A DNA stretch of 64,000 nucleotides from Amphiscolops sp. MND2022. Taxonomy: Eukaryota. The stretch spans positions 22,692,001 through 22,756,000 of the forward strand of contig OZ076415.1 in the NCBI GenBank assembly GCA_964187785.1, read 5' to 3'. A program made the position numbers and the translations under genes. Under the pieces are notes generated by a model. The model was not told the origin of the DNA, ran no database searches, and saw only the letters and a list, made by a program, of their open reading frames with translations. Shown here in pieces: positions 25,714 through 39,100 of the stretch (the first letter of the stretch is position 1; each line of letters starts with the position of its first letter).

Positions 25714-27868
25714 GTATAAAACGTGCCTCGGATATGTTATGTCCCCATTTCCTCTAGTGCCCCGCGGCCCCTTGAGGCCGCTTATATTCCCATCTTGCTA
25801 AGCGAGGTCGAACAGGAGCAAAGACCTAGCGAGAACGGAGATCGCGAAGCGATCGTAGTGGGAGGAATTCCGGACGTTTCGGCAAAAGACGTTTCGGCAA
25901 AAACATGGCGGCGGACGTTTCGGCAAAAAAATATGCCGAAACGTCTCAGGCTAAAAAATTTGCCGAAACGTCTCGCATGATATATGCGATGTATGCACGC
26001 TCGCCCTCACCGTCGCAAAGACCAGCTCCCACTACGATCGCTTCGCGATCTCCGTTCCCGCTAGGTCTTTGCTCCTGTTCGACCTCGCTTAGCAAGATGG
26101 GCATATAAGCGGCCCCAAGGGGCCGCGGGGCACTAGAGGAAATGGGGACATATCCGAGAGGGGAACAGGACGTTTCGGCAAAAGACGTTTCGGCAAAAAC
26201 ATGGCGGCGGACGTTTCGGCAAAAAAAATTTGCCGAAACGTCTCGAATTTTTTTTTGCCGAAACGTCTTTGCCGAAACGTCCTTTTCCCAGTGGGAGCTG
26301 GTGTTTGCGACGGCTTCGGGCAAAAAGTTCGATTTACTAAGTTCGAATTTGAAGTAGTGCAACAAGTTCGAATGGAATAGTTTCGAAACACCAAGTTCGA
26401 ATTTTCATATCGGGCATATCCGGTGTAAACTGGACATCCTTCACACAAGATCCTGAGAGCTCCACCGCCTAGGATCTAAAGGAATCTAAAAACTGAAATG
26501 TGGGGCATATCCGGTGTATGCACGCTCGCCCTCACCGTCGCAAAGACCAGCTCCCACTACGATCGCTTCGCGATCTCAGTTCCCGCTAGGTCTTTGCTCC
26601 TGTTCAACCTCGCTTACCAAGATGGGAACATAAGCGGCCTCAAGGGGCCGCGGGCACGAGAGGAAATGGGGACATATCCGAGAGGGGAACAGGACGTTTC
26701 GGCAAAAGACGTTTCGGCAAAAACATGGCGGCGGACGTTTCGGCAAAAAAAATTTGCCGAAACGTCTCGAATTTTTTTTTGCCGAAACGTCTTTGCCGAA
26801 ACGTCGTTTTCCCAGTGGGAGCTGGTGTTTGCGACGGCTTCGGGCAAAAAGTTCGATTTACTAAGTTCGAATTTGAAGTAGTGCAACAAGTTCGAATGGA
26901 ATAGTTTCGAAACACCAAGTTCGAATTTTCATATCGGGCATATCCGGTGTAAACTGGACATCCTTCACACAAGATCCTGAGAGCTCCACCGCCTAGGATC
27001 TAAAGGAATCTAAAAACTGAAATGTGGGGCATATCCGGTGTATGCACGCTCGCCCTCACCGTCGCAAAGACCAGCTCCCACTACGATCGCTTCGCGATCT
27101 CAGTTCCCGCTAGGTCTTTGCTCCTGTTCAACCTCGCTTACCAAGATGGGAACATAAGCGGCCTCAAGGGGCCGCGGGCACGAGAGGAAATGGGGACATA
27201 TCCGAGGCACATTTTATGCTTTGCATCATTCCTACATTAATGTTCTTATCGTTTTCCTTCTATTCCAGAATTCTACAAACTGGTATTCTACAAACTGGAC
27301 CTTTACCAGTTTGTAGAAAACCAAAAACAATACCAAGGTAATACGGGACGTTTCGGCATGAAAAATTTGCCGAAACGTCTCGAGATTTTTTTGCCGAAAC
27401 GTCTTCGCCGAAACGTCTTTGCCGAAACGTCCTGTTCCCACACGGATGCAGGTAATTTCGCCTTATGCCATTTCGCCTAAAAATTTAGTTGAGTCATTTC
27501 GCCTAAAAAATGGCGAAATGACCAAAGTCAATGACTCCTAAATTAGGCGAACTAAAAACAAAACTATATTTATATACTTGGTTAAATTACATACTTGGTT
27601 TCTTAACACAGAAAATCATTGAAACTGAAATTAAACATGGAAAAAATTTTCAATACGTTCCCTTTCTAATGTAAGGCAAATCCGGTGTATGCACGCTCGC
27701 CCTCACCGTCACAAAGACCAGCTCCCACTACGATCGCTTCGCGATCTCCGTTCCCGCTAGGTCTTTGCTCCTGTTCGACCTCGCTTAGCAAGATGGGAAC
27801 AAAAGCGGCCCCAAGGGGCCGCAGGGCACTAGATGAATTGGGGAAATATCAGAGGCACGTTTTATACT
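25714..27868. mobile_element. Composite foldback element with long TIRs and nested gccgaaacgt-repeat MITEs
   Basis: Left arm gtataaaacgtgcctcggatat...cgatcgtagtggga is the reverse complement of arms at ~26015-26160, 26540-26685, 27065-27210 and 27710-27868 (the last ends gaggcacgtttatac). Internal palindromic arrays of gacgtttcggc/gccgaaacgtc. Confidence 0.7.
26140..27205. repeat. Near-perfect 524-bp tandem duplication
   Basis: Identical ORF starts at 26498/27022; aatggggacatatccgag at 26140, 26664 and 27188; one visible substitution. Confidence 0.9.
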
Positions 27869-28120
27869 TACGGCGGTTTATTCAACACGTGAAACAGAAA
27901 AAGACGTTTCGCCTAAAAAAATTAGGCGAAGTGACCAAACACGTTAGGCGAAATGACTTTAGGCGAAATGGCATTAGGCGAAATGACCATTTTTCTCCCA
28001 CACAGGTGGGCGGAAATAGGTCGAAGGAACGGGATCGAAAATCAGAGTTAGTCCTCAAATCGGCATACCAAATTTTTGAATGGGATCGAAACAACTCGGA
28101 TCGAAAGTTTTATAAGGTAG

Positions 28121-28243
28121 TCAGATATGTTCACATACCCCTAGTGCCCTGAATGCAGGAGCGAAGCGAAGCGGAGCGACGTGTCATATGGCCATGCCTT
28201 AATGTTGCTACTTGGCGAAGGGAGCGAAGCGACCGAGCCATTC
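28121..28243 (+). mobile_element. Short interspersed 'gcgaagcg' element
   Basis: Closely similar reverse copy at 62886-63005; partial copies at ~13051-13130 and ~44065-44110. Confidence 0.75.
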
Positions 28244-28442
28244 AAGAAATACGAGAAAAGTCGACCGCATTCCATTCGATCCCTGCAATTCGATCAAAAG
28301 GTTCGACCTCTGTCCTTTCGACTAGAAAACTTCGACCCATTTACAGCCACCCTTCCCACACATATTAGATCATAAAAGTGTTAGACCTAAATATTTTAGA
28401 TAAAAATAGATCTGAATGTTAGACCTAACAGGTAGATCTAAT

Positions 28443-30710
28443 TCCATTAGACCCAAGCAATTAGATCAAAGGCGTACACTCAATTCAGGAGACGCGATGC
28501 AAGGGCATTCACAACCATGACATCTCCTCACCAGCTGTTTACTCAATTCCCAGTTTATCAATTCAACAACGTCTGGGCGTTTATCAGCTCGATACAGTCC
28601 ACGCGGTTCCAGCCTTAAAGGCAAATCGATTTTCAGCGACTGCTTTTCGAGAGAATTGAGATTATAATGACGTGAGAAGTTGATCATCATCAAGTTTCAG
28701 GACCAGGTTTTTGCAAGGAACAACGTTCAGACACTGAAATCCCAATTTGTTATGATTGGCGTTGTAGACTTTCGAACGTTTTTCATCCACTCTTAAGACT
28801 GAATCTTCGGCGGTTTGGACGTAAACAGGTTTCGTCCACCACAGGTTCCATCGAAAGGACTTTCCTCTTCACTCAGCCATTTCTCAAGCGTTTTTGTGAA
28901 GGAAAAATCTTGGGATGTTTCGGAAAAAATCGCTGTGAGAAAGTCACTCGCGCCAAAAGCTGAGGCCAAAACTGAGGGAAGTGCAAGTATTGATGCGAAT
29001 GAAACCCCAAGACCATCCAATTCACCTGGCAGAGCCAGCTGAGACCCGAAGTTTAGTCAAAATTCACGTTTACACACTTTAGGAAACCAGTCGCGTACAT
29101 TTTGTGAATTTCATTTTCCCCTGTGTTTTTTCTACATTAACAAACTTTTTGAGATCTTCCAAAACAGTTCTGTAATCATCACTCGAAGTTGCATAACTGA
29201 GGAACCATACGTACATCTCGACTCCAAACACTGTAAAAAACAAACTTCGATGTATATAAGTTGAGGTCGGACATCCAGGTGTATTTCAAAAATTTTAGAT
29301 AGCAGATATTGTTGGTTTATCAAATTCAAAACGTTTACGTCAATATTCAAGAACATGTTTTCTTTGAGTTGATGGACTTCTATCGAACAACGGACAAGAT
29401 GTGATGCCAATTCATCAACCAATTTGGTACCCACGCCTACTTGTAGACTTCCTCACTTGCTCGACGTGATTCAAAGACATGGTATCCAACGCAATTTGCT
29501 GATAACCGGCGGAAAAAGTTGCCTACAACGATCGGACATTCCCATCGGGCAATTCTTTCATCAGGAAGTCCTTCATCGGGCATTTTTAACCCAATTAACA
29601 TCATACCAAAGAACTACCGTCGAATTTCTTAAGGTAATGTTGCCTCTAGAATCGCATTCACAAGATTTGTTAGGGCTCTGTAAAAGGTCAGTCCGTTTTA
29701 CCCGTTTAATTTGGCAGTCAAATTGTTCAAAATTTGATGCGAAATCCTATCCAAACCTTCACTAGAGCTGTTGAGGAAGGACATGAGAGCCGTTTGGACG
29801 ACGAACTTTGAGATTGAAAAACAATCGATATCTGTGGAATTCGGAGCCGAGTAAACTTCCCTCTGCGGTTCTTTCTGCTTGACGGTCGCGTTTTTGTCAA
29901 CCGTGAAATCTGCAATTGTATCGCGGTCTAGTGCCATTCTGAATGAGGCCATAACTTTGCCTTCGTCTAAACTAGTGCGAATCGAACGCATTCGTAGATC
30001 TAACTTGCTCTTCTGTTGAGAATTCCTGTCGCGTTTCGGTTTTCTCTCAATGGCACCAGCCCAAATACGCTTGTTGATTGTTGCACTGAGTGATGACCTC
30101 TGACGTTTAACTCTTCTAGGTGGTGTTTCCAAAAAAGCTTGTTATGGAGACCAAATTGAGCCACAAGGTAATCTTTGACGAGGTGTCGCAATTATCAGCG
30201 TTTTTGGGTGTCAAGGTTTCAGCTGAGGGAACCGTGAATTGTTCAGAACTCTTTCCGAACGAACATCGCCTGAAGTGGAAAAAATGGTTTCGGGTCCTAA
30301 TTTGACATCATGACACTGAGGGATAGTGTTTATTCAAGTGCACCTACAACATTGTTATGCTCCGGCCTCCATTCTTGATAAATTGGCGCATTTCATATAA
30401 ACCCATCCGTTGCAAATCTTACATTTTACACAGTCAATTCGCTCTGAGGGCTTCATACTCTTGAGCGCGTTGCAGGTATCAATGTTGTTATCAAAACTCA
30501 ACAACAAAACCTAACCACTTGCAGTATTACCTCATTTATGTGTGTGCCAATCTCGCTGAAACTTACCACCACAGTGATACAATCAGTATACGAAACAAAA
30601 CATTGACTTCTTAAAATGGAATATATAAGGCATCATCTCCCGAGTTGCTATTGTTCTTTCAGCTCGAATGCAGCGAGAAACAAACAAAAAAGCGTCAGAG
30701 ATGCCTTCCA
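28443..30710 (-). mobile_element. Decayed PHD-finger-containing repeat unit A
   Basis: Alignable along its length to 31200-33355; minus-strand CVKCKICNGWVYMKCANLSRMEA (PHD-like); many stops and frameshifts. Confidence 0.55.
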
Positions 30711-31199
30711 GTTTTGTCAAATTCAAATCGTTGCCATCTCTCAAGCCGTTCATGTATCACTGGTGTCATCATGACACCCGTGGTCTGCAACCAAAGAAGT
30801 AAACTCCATACCAGCCACTACCTCAGTATACCAGTAGGAAGGAGAAGCAACATACAGACTTCTAACACCAGCCACTATCCGAGTCGACCGGTTGAAAGAA
30901 GTTCTAAAAACCTACAATGAAGATTTATTTGTTAAAATTAAACAATTTGTGAAAAACTTCATCGAACGCATGTCTCTTGCTCAGGTTCAAGAAAACCGGT
31001 CGCATTTCCAATTCGAAGAACCATTGAGATCCGTTGCTTCAAAAAGCTGCCAAATCGTGGATTGTCAAGCGAACAACAGTGCATTTCACAGAGACTCGTA
31101 ATGGAAACTTCAATGCTCGCGCCTAAAAAAGCTTGTTTTTCTATGGCCATCGAAAGAAAAATGTATCCATTTTGTATCAATTTGTAAAAAGTCTCAAGT

Positions 31200-33855
31200 T
31201 CAGTTGCTTCAGCCTCGGTCGTTCCTATGTTGCATGAGGAGCCTTAATTCAGGAGACTTGGAGCAAGAGCATCCACAACCATGACATCTCCTCACCAGCT
31301 GTTTACTCAATTCCAAGGAATCAATTCAACAACGTCTGGGCGTTTATCAGCTCGATACAGTCCACGCGGTTCGAGCATTAAACGGAAGTCGATTGTCAGC
31401 GTATGCTTTTCGAGAGAATTGACATTAGCATGACGTGTGAAGTTCATCGTCATCAAGTTTCAGGACTATGTTTTTGCAAAGAACAACGTTCATCCACTGA
31501 GACCCGAAATTGTCCTGATGAGCGTTGTAGACTTTCGAGCGTTATTCACCCATTCTAAACACTGACACTTCGGCTGTTTTGGACGTGAACAGGTTTCGTC
31601 CGATTTTTCTGGGTTCCATCGAGAGCACTTTCCTGTTCATTCTCCAAACTCAGTCATTTCTCAAGCACTTTTTTGAACGAAACATCTCCAAATGTTTCCG
31701 AGAAAACTGTTGTGAGAAAAGTTGAAGCGAAAACTCGGGATTCGCTGTTATAGATGCGGATGAGCCCCAAGACCACCCATTCCAACAAGCCGAGGCAGGG
31801 TTACACACTTTGGAAAGCCCGTCGAGTACGATTTTGTCAAACCTTTCCAAGAGAACTGGATGGTTGAAACAAGTTCTCAAGAAGTACAACAATTTTGCAG
31901 ACTGAAGCAACTTTACAATATGAAAAATACAAAATCCGCATCCAATTTTCAACAGTTTTTTTTTACCTTTTTTCCAATTCAAAAGATTTCTTTCCCAAAA
32001 CGACTGCCTGTGATTTCTGGCTCAGCGGTGAACCAAAAAATTTTGATCCGTCTTTCGCTGGTGTTTTGATGCCGGGCAGGTTTTTTGAAAGATGCTAAAA
32101 TGTCGATTGTCGTTTTTCTGTGATGTCACCAAGGCAACAAATTTCATGTTTTGTGACTTCAATTCGATTCCTAGCTTTTATTCTGCTGCAGCATTTTTTT
32201 GAGATCTTTCATAACGGTTTTTTAATCATCCCCTAAGTTCACATATCGAGGTACACATATCGAGGTACACAAACATAAGTTCACATATCGATTTCTCATA
32301 AGTATATTTTTGAATCCAAACCCTCATTCAGATCTTGAAAAGAATCCGAATATGAAGCTGGAGACTGAAAATCTTCTTGCTGGGTCCCTTCACAAAATTT
32401 GACTATTGAATCACTGTACAAGAGGAAAGTTGGCTGACCGTACGCTGAGTGTGAGTACTTATTAACTTCAGGGTGCATTTCAAAAGTTTTCTGAAGCATG
32501 AATTGTCGGTTAATCGAATTGAAAGAGTTTACAAAGTTAATTTCCAGGGTTTCGTTTCCTTTGGGTTTGGTGGCTTTCTATCAGACAACGGAAATCATCT
32601 GATTCCCATTCAGCGCCTTTTTCGTACCTGCATCTAATTGTGCAATACCATATCTTGCTTGACAGGATTCGAAAACAGGGTTTTCGGCATACGTTGCTGA
32701 CAATTGGCCAAAAAGTATTGCCTAGCGCGATCGGACGAGGTACTTCATTGGGCTTTTTTAACAGAATTAATTTGACAAAAAATATGTACGGTCGATGTTT
32801 GAATGGTACGTTTCCTTCGACAATCACAAATACAAGGTGTGCTAAGACTTTGAAAAAAATCAAGCCAGTTTGCCCGTTCGACTTGGCAGTCAAATTGTTC
32901 TACAATTGATGACAATTGCCGTTCAAACCTGCACTAGAGCCGTTGGGGAAGTGCACGAGTGTCCACTGAAGAGCACCTATAAAATATTAATTCGACAAGG
33001 CTTCGGCCTCCATTCTTGTTAAAATGGCTACTTCATAGGGACCCATCCGCTGCAACGCCTTCAATACACCCTGTCAAGTAGCTCGGTGGGCTTCACACAC
33101 TTGAGAGCATTGCCGGTTTCGTTGTTTTTCATCGAAACTGAACCACGAAACTTAACCAAATGCAAGAGAATACCACGTGTGTGTGAGCCAGTCTCCTCAA
33201 AAACCTCCACCACAGTGAAACAATCATAATGTGAATCAAAACATTGATTTCATAGATTGAAATATAAGTGGAAATATCTCTTCGGGTTGCGATTGTTCTT
33301 TCAGCCCAAGTGTAGCGAAAAACTAGCAAAACAGCGGAAGAGACTTTCTCAAGAACTTTTTTCAGTTAGCATTTGTTCAAAATCAAATCATTGTCATATC
33401 CGAAGCTATTCCACAAGTTTATCACAACAATTAGATTCAAAAGTTTTGAACTAAACCTCCCATTTCCCACAGAATTCTCGCAAACATTCCTAATCTTTGT
33501 ATTTCGTTCTTGCAATAGTCCTTGGAACAGCTGTTGCGGCGAAATATTGCCTTGCTGTTTCTCGGTTTCCGGAATGTATATGGCAAATGCAACGTATTTC
33601 AAAAGTTCTACAAATTGGCAATGCGGCATGTGTTTCAGAAACAAAGATGAGCAAGAAAGATGCTTTTTTTGAATACATTTATGATATAATTTTGTTTGTT
33701 GGTTTAAACTTTCTTCTTTGAAACTCGATGATCAGCGTTGATTGTGACATTGTTCTTGTTGTTTTGGTTCTGTCGGGCTACTGGAATAAATGTTGTCTTG
33801 AGTAGTAGTGTTTTATCGTTTGCTTAGTTCCCATTTGTTTGCAGACCACGGGTGT
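31200..33855 (-). mobile_element. Decayed PHD-finger-containing repeat unit B with 5' head and ORF-X
   Basis: Homologous to unit A; begins with the acacccgtggtctgcaa head at 33855-33839. Confidence 0.55.
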
Positions 33856-34039
33856 TTGTCATCTCCCTGCCGACATGATGACCTACACGGCACTAGATTA
33901 TTGACGACGATCCATGTCGTCTGAGAGAGATTAGAAAAAGATTTGAAAAAAAGAAGAGTCTGGCAGTCTTCGATGCTCTTAGATTCAATATATGAAGGGT
34001 TTCAAGTCTCTTATCACATTTAGTTCCCCAATTGAAAAA

Positions 34040-35660
34040 CATTGTGTATTATCTTCGGTTCTTTAACACCCGAGTGCCAAGTCGAATGGGAAAACAAGGG
34101 TTGACATATCTTGTTTATGTGATCATCAAAGGTAAAAAAAATTGCCTCTGAACCGTGCTTGCTATCATGTTTCTAATTGAGACAGAAAGTCGTCAAGTTT
34201 GTGTTGAAAATGAGTATCGCCGAATGGCATTGACACGTTTGCGCACGGTAGTTAAAAGTCCCCAACCCAAAAAAAACGTCATCTTCAGGATAGATTCTGG
34301 AAACGTATTCAACTCTGTCAACAAACAGTTCATGCTTCGGTGAACGTTCGAAATTCCTCCCAAAAGTAACAAGTTGTCACATTCGGCATATTGACATAAG
34401 TCTTTTAGAGGAACAAGATGTCTTGTGTCAGAGCAAGGATATACTGAATCTGCTGCTATATTTTAGACGCCAATCAGAACTGGCTAATTTCGAGTCGCAA
34501 ATAAAACCGTGGTACTTCGACGACAGACCTTTAACAATTGTTGAAGAGGTAAAAAAGCTTGTCTCTAATATCTGTCCCTCAAAAAGCCAATCTTTTGTGT
34601 GATGTCACCGAAACGTAATAATCAACGATTTTATCTGCTTTTAAAAAAGTTTGCCAGTGGATTGAAATTCAGACGAAAAGCGACTTAATCTCTCTAGAAT
34701 TACTGCTAGTCGTAAAGTTACAGGTAAATTTATTGGGGAAAATGATGAACAGAAAAAAATTGGAAAGTGTTGAAAATCTACTATATTGCGCATTACGGAT
34801 TTTACAAATTGAAAAAAAATATTCCAAAGCATCGAAGCTTCTGCAAACGACCACGTTTTTTTAAATAATAACAACAAAACAGGTTTTCCAAAATGAGCAA
34901 CGTAATTTTCGAAAAACCTTTTAGAGTTGAGCTGGCGCTGCCGACTGAATTGGGTGACCTAAGGGTGTCATCCACATCATTGTTTGCACTTCATATCTCT
35001 TTGGGTTTAGTTTTTAAATCAAGTGACTTTCTAAGCACTTTTTTGGGAAAAGTGCAACGATTTTTCGTTTAAAGGTTCGGGAAGTGGTTGGTTATTACAG
35101 AAAAACAGGAGAGTCGTATCAATTGGGCCCACAAAAACTGGACCCAACCCGTGTTCCTGTCAGGTAATCATAATTTGGAAGGGCTAAAATGTGCGGAAAT
35201 GATCGAAGATTTCCAACGCGCTTCAATGTATCCTCGGTTCGCAGTGGTTGAACCTCATTGTCTGTAAAAACTTGGGCCTGGAGCTTGATGACCTGCAGTT
35301 TAAAAATTGTATTGTTCTAAGCCTAGCCTGAACATCTGTGTAGCGACTAATGTCACCGTGGTAAAAAGGTCTAATGGGACGCAGTCCCGAAGGACAGCAG
35401 AAATCACGGAAGGTTGAGAAGTATCCCCGAGTGATAGATTTCGGATACATTTCTCAGCTCGTGGCACTGGAAGAACTGGGTTCCTTGGGTGAAAGGTGTG
35501 ACGTATTGTCACAGCGCCTTTGTAAAATGCTCTGCCATCAGTACCATGATCAGCGAGCAGAAAGCTTTTTAAAGCAACGTATGTCAATTGCTTTACAAAT
35601 GGGCAATTCTGCATGAGGTCTAGGAGCAGTGATCGACAGGGATACGTTTGATTATGGTAC
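34040..35660 (+). mobile_element. CRE-clade (restriction-like endonuclease) non-LTR retrotransposon remnant
   Basis: RIDSGNVFNSVNKQFML (RT D..NAFNS-like), LALPTELGDL (LP..GGLG-like), WLNLIVCKNLGLELDD, and KVEKY..LEELGSLG..FLKQRMSIALQMGNSA (RLE C-terminus). Confidence 0.7.
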
Positions 35661-35879
35661 TGTTTTTTTTTAGATTTGCTTTGTATTTTGGCAACTGGAC
35701 GTTCAGTTTGGATTGTGACTTTCATGTTGTTTTGGTTCTACCAGTTTACTGGGATAGTGGCTGACATGAATAGCAGTAGTGCTTCGTAGTTTATTACGTT
35801 TCCTTTTGTGTGCAGACTAAATGAATTTTTGTTTGCAGACGGGTGTGTGTCTGTCTCCTACAGGATGTTCTATACAAAA

Positions 35880-36118
35880 ATATTGGCACGATCTAAGAGA
35901 TCTTCATATCATTTGCTTGCCAAGATCTTGATAAGATCTTGCCATGATCTTGGCAAGCATTTCCACATGGAACGCTTGTCAAGATCTTGCCAAGATCTTG
36001 CCAAGATCTTACCAAGCGTAGCATGCATCATGTTTTTCCATGCGTCTTGGTAAGCCTACCATGCGTTTCCATGTTTTTCCAAGATCTTGGCAAGGCTACC
36101 AAGATTCGTGTCACTGGG
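35880..36118. mobile_element. caagatcttg-repeat MITE family copy
   Basis: Array of the palindromic 10-mer caagatcttg ending in ..cactggg. Relatives lie at 37840-38001, 38790-38960, 46107-46275 and 61562-61822. Confidence 0.65.
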
Positions 36119-39100
36119 ATGTCATCTGAGATAGGGTTTAAAAATGAACTCGAAACGTTTCTTCTTCCGGTTCAATATTATCAAAATTAAATTCGTTTTT
36201 GTATGTGTCATGTATCAGGTTTCCGCTTATCTCTTTCTTCGTTAGTGTTACATTCAACATACCTAGAAGTACTGGGGAGAAACGTTGAGTTCTTTCATCT
36301 TTTGTATCTGCAGCTGAGACCAAGTATGTTCGGAGTATCTTTGACGACGAAATTACTATCGAGTGATTGTCCAAACAGGTATAACTCTGGAAAGCACAGA
36401 AACCGTTTTGCTAGGGAGCATTTGAACACGAATCGGAAACTGGAGTTTTGGGAGCTGTTTGGACCTTCTATATCTTATGTCTCCATTTAAAACCACAATA
36501 TAAAAAATTAGGCAAAATACAACTGTGAAGATACGCAAGAGTCAGTATGGCGAGTCCATCCATCAGTACATGAATAATATCTAAATGCAAAATAGGAATA
36601 ACGTTTAAAGCTGCGAGAGGATCTTGGCAAGGATATCATGTCTTCGAACAGTGGGATTCAATCTCACAGCAAACAGTTTTAAGCCTTTTCAAAATCTCCA
36701 AGGTTGATACCACGAACAGAACTGTTTTGTCACAGGCGAACTCTCACTGGCTTTTCTGTTCCGAAAGAATAGGTGTTTGGAGCATCATGTTTCCATAGTT
36801 GAGTAATCAGGTTTATGAGTCCGTCAGTCCAAACACTGCTAAAGGCTCTCTGCTTGTGTCTCTCCAAAATCATTGAATTTGCGAGTGAAGACGGTAGAGT
36901 AATTTAAATTGACATGATTCAGTTACTCAAAATTTGTGCTTCTAACATTTGACATCCAGTGTAATTGTAATTTTTACCCTTTTCGATTACAATGACATTT
37001 CAAAAATCGTAGGACTTAGAAATTTTTGTCCAACATTGTAGAATATCAGAAACTGTATCAATAGACTGTTGATAAACAACATCATATCTCTGTTGCTAGT
37101 TTTAGTTTGTTTACTTACAACTATGAGTTTATACTCTAAAAGCTTACATCAGTATACTACATTTGCGATTAGAGTAAACGTTGATTCGTAACTCTTTTAC
37201 CGGCCTATCCTAGAGATATTTCATGGCGCAGTCAGCAATTTAAAACTTGCTGAAGAAAAGAAACGATACAAAACAATGGAGGACGAAGACGGCAATATAA
37301 CTGGACAGACCAGTAGCCAATCAATCCCAAACAACACAACGACGAGATCGGTAGAACATTGAAAACTTGTAAAGTAGTTTTTTTGTCTTTTGGCCACAGT
37401 GCTTGATCATTCACAGTTCAACACCATCACTGTCGTAAGATCGAGTCATTGGTAAGTCTTTCAGGACTATCAAGGTGGTTTTCTTTCATGAAGTCCTTTG
37501 CGCCGAAACTTCTGATGAAAATTAGGTTGTCAATAATATTAGTTTGTACTAAAGCTTCCTTCATATATTTGGTGAACGCCGATTTTATTCTTGAGAATTG
37601 AAGACGTTTATCTAATTTCTGAGTTCGATCTGCATCAGACATTCCACAAAAACAACATTTTGATATTTATCTCAATTACTTTTGTTATTTTTAGGTCTTA
37701 GTGCTTTTTTCCAGGTTCCTAAACAACAATATATCATTGGTGATAGCGGAGATTTCTCCGATGAAAGCTCCAAGCTTGTCATGATGTAAAACGTTTTCCA
37801 ATATTAGTTCAGTAGGACGTCTTCAGACAAATCTTGGAAACATCCTAGAAATAATCCCAATCTAGCAAGAATCTTGCCAGTTGACACAATTCTTGCAAGA
37901 ATCTTGCAAGAAACCTGCCAGGTTAATGCATTGACTTGCAAGACCTTGCAAGAATGCATGTCCCAATTCTCTTGCAAGATATGTATTTCTCTCAACCAGG
38001 GAATAAACTGTTCACTAAGCAGCTAATCGCTTCGTTGTCAAACCCAGTGAAAAAAGTTTCAAAAATTCTATTAAACAATCAAAAAGTGAATTTATTTCAA
38101 GTTTTCTTTTAAAATCTCAACTTTTATATATTTTTAATATATAAAAGATCCACACTACCTGAAAGCAACGAACCCATATTTTTTGCACTGAATGAACGAT
38201 CCTCTTTTCTTAGTATAACTTGGTATATGACAAAATTCATAAGCAACGAGGCGAGAACTACTATTTCATTGATATAAGTGACAAAAAAACTTTTGTTCTA
38301 AAATGATGAATTATCATTGAAGAATGTTCAAAATTGTATTTTTTGTCGAAACCATGTAATACCCTCCCAATCTTATGTCGAATGCCTCGCAAGTAGGGCT
38401 TCATGAGCAACTCAACAACTCCACTCTCTGTTTTACCATCAAATTTTGCAGTTCAATAATCTTCCTTATAAACTGTGAAAACTTTTCTTCGGTCTTTGTA
38501 TCAACGTTCTCGAAGATGTCACGTCATTTAGCACTTCATGAACTCACTTCACTGTTGTTTGTGCGACTTTTAACACTTAAGTTTTTTTATGTGATAAGAT
38601 TTTTCGGAATTGTCTTTTATTGTCAAAGTTTCTGTACTTCTATCAAAATGTTTTTGTTCCAACTTTCCCTGACTATAGTATACTCAACAATATATATAGT
38701 ACTCTAAAAAATGCTGTAAAAATCTTTCTATATGAAAGTTCCAAATTCTTTTATTTTAATTTACTTTTCAAATTCAAGCATTTTCTTCCAAGTTACTCTC
38801 AAGGTTCAGGCATTTTCTTCCAAGTTACTTCCAAGACCAGACATTTTCTTGCAAGATATTGCAAGACCAGACATTTTCTTGCAAGATCTTCCAAGATACC
38901 TGCAAGAATAATGCATTGTCTTCGAAGATCTTGGAAGTGAAATCTGACAGATTCTTGCAGAAAATGTATGAACGTTCGACTAGGGTACTCAACAATTCAA
39001 TAAGACAACCGAAAGACATCTATCGGTCAGGTACAGTTTTGATGCAAGGGAGTATCAAACATCAAAAACGCATCCTACTTCAAGGTCGGGATTGAATTCC

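Noticed and set aside
25870-27440. CRISPR-like or coding interpretation of the gccgaaacgt arrays and their ORFs
   Set aside because: These are eukaryotic MITE sub-terminal repeats with no unique spacers; the ORFs are repeat translations.
28443-28800. SGNH esterase call for the end of units A/B
   Set aside because: No block I GDS-type motif was found, and an APE-like reading is equally plausible; left unassigned.
36100-37700. Polinton or endogenous-virus genes
   Set aside because: Only fragmentary ORFs (one piece resembles LINE RT, AFSSVWTDGL); no pPolB, capsid, ATPase or protease motif was seen.
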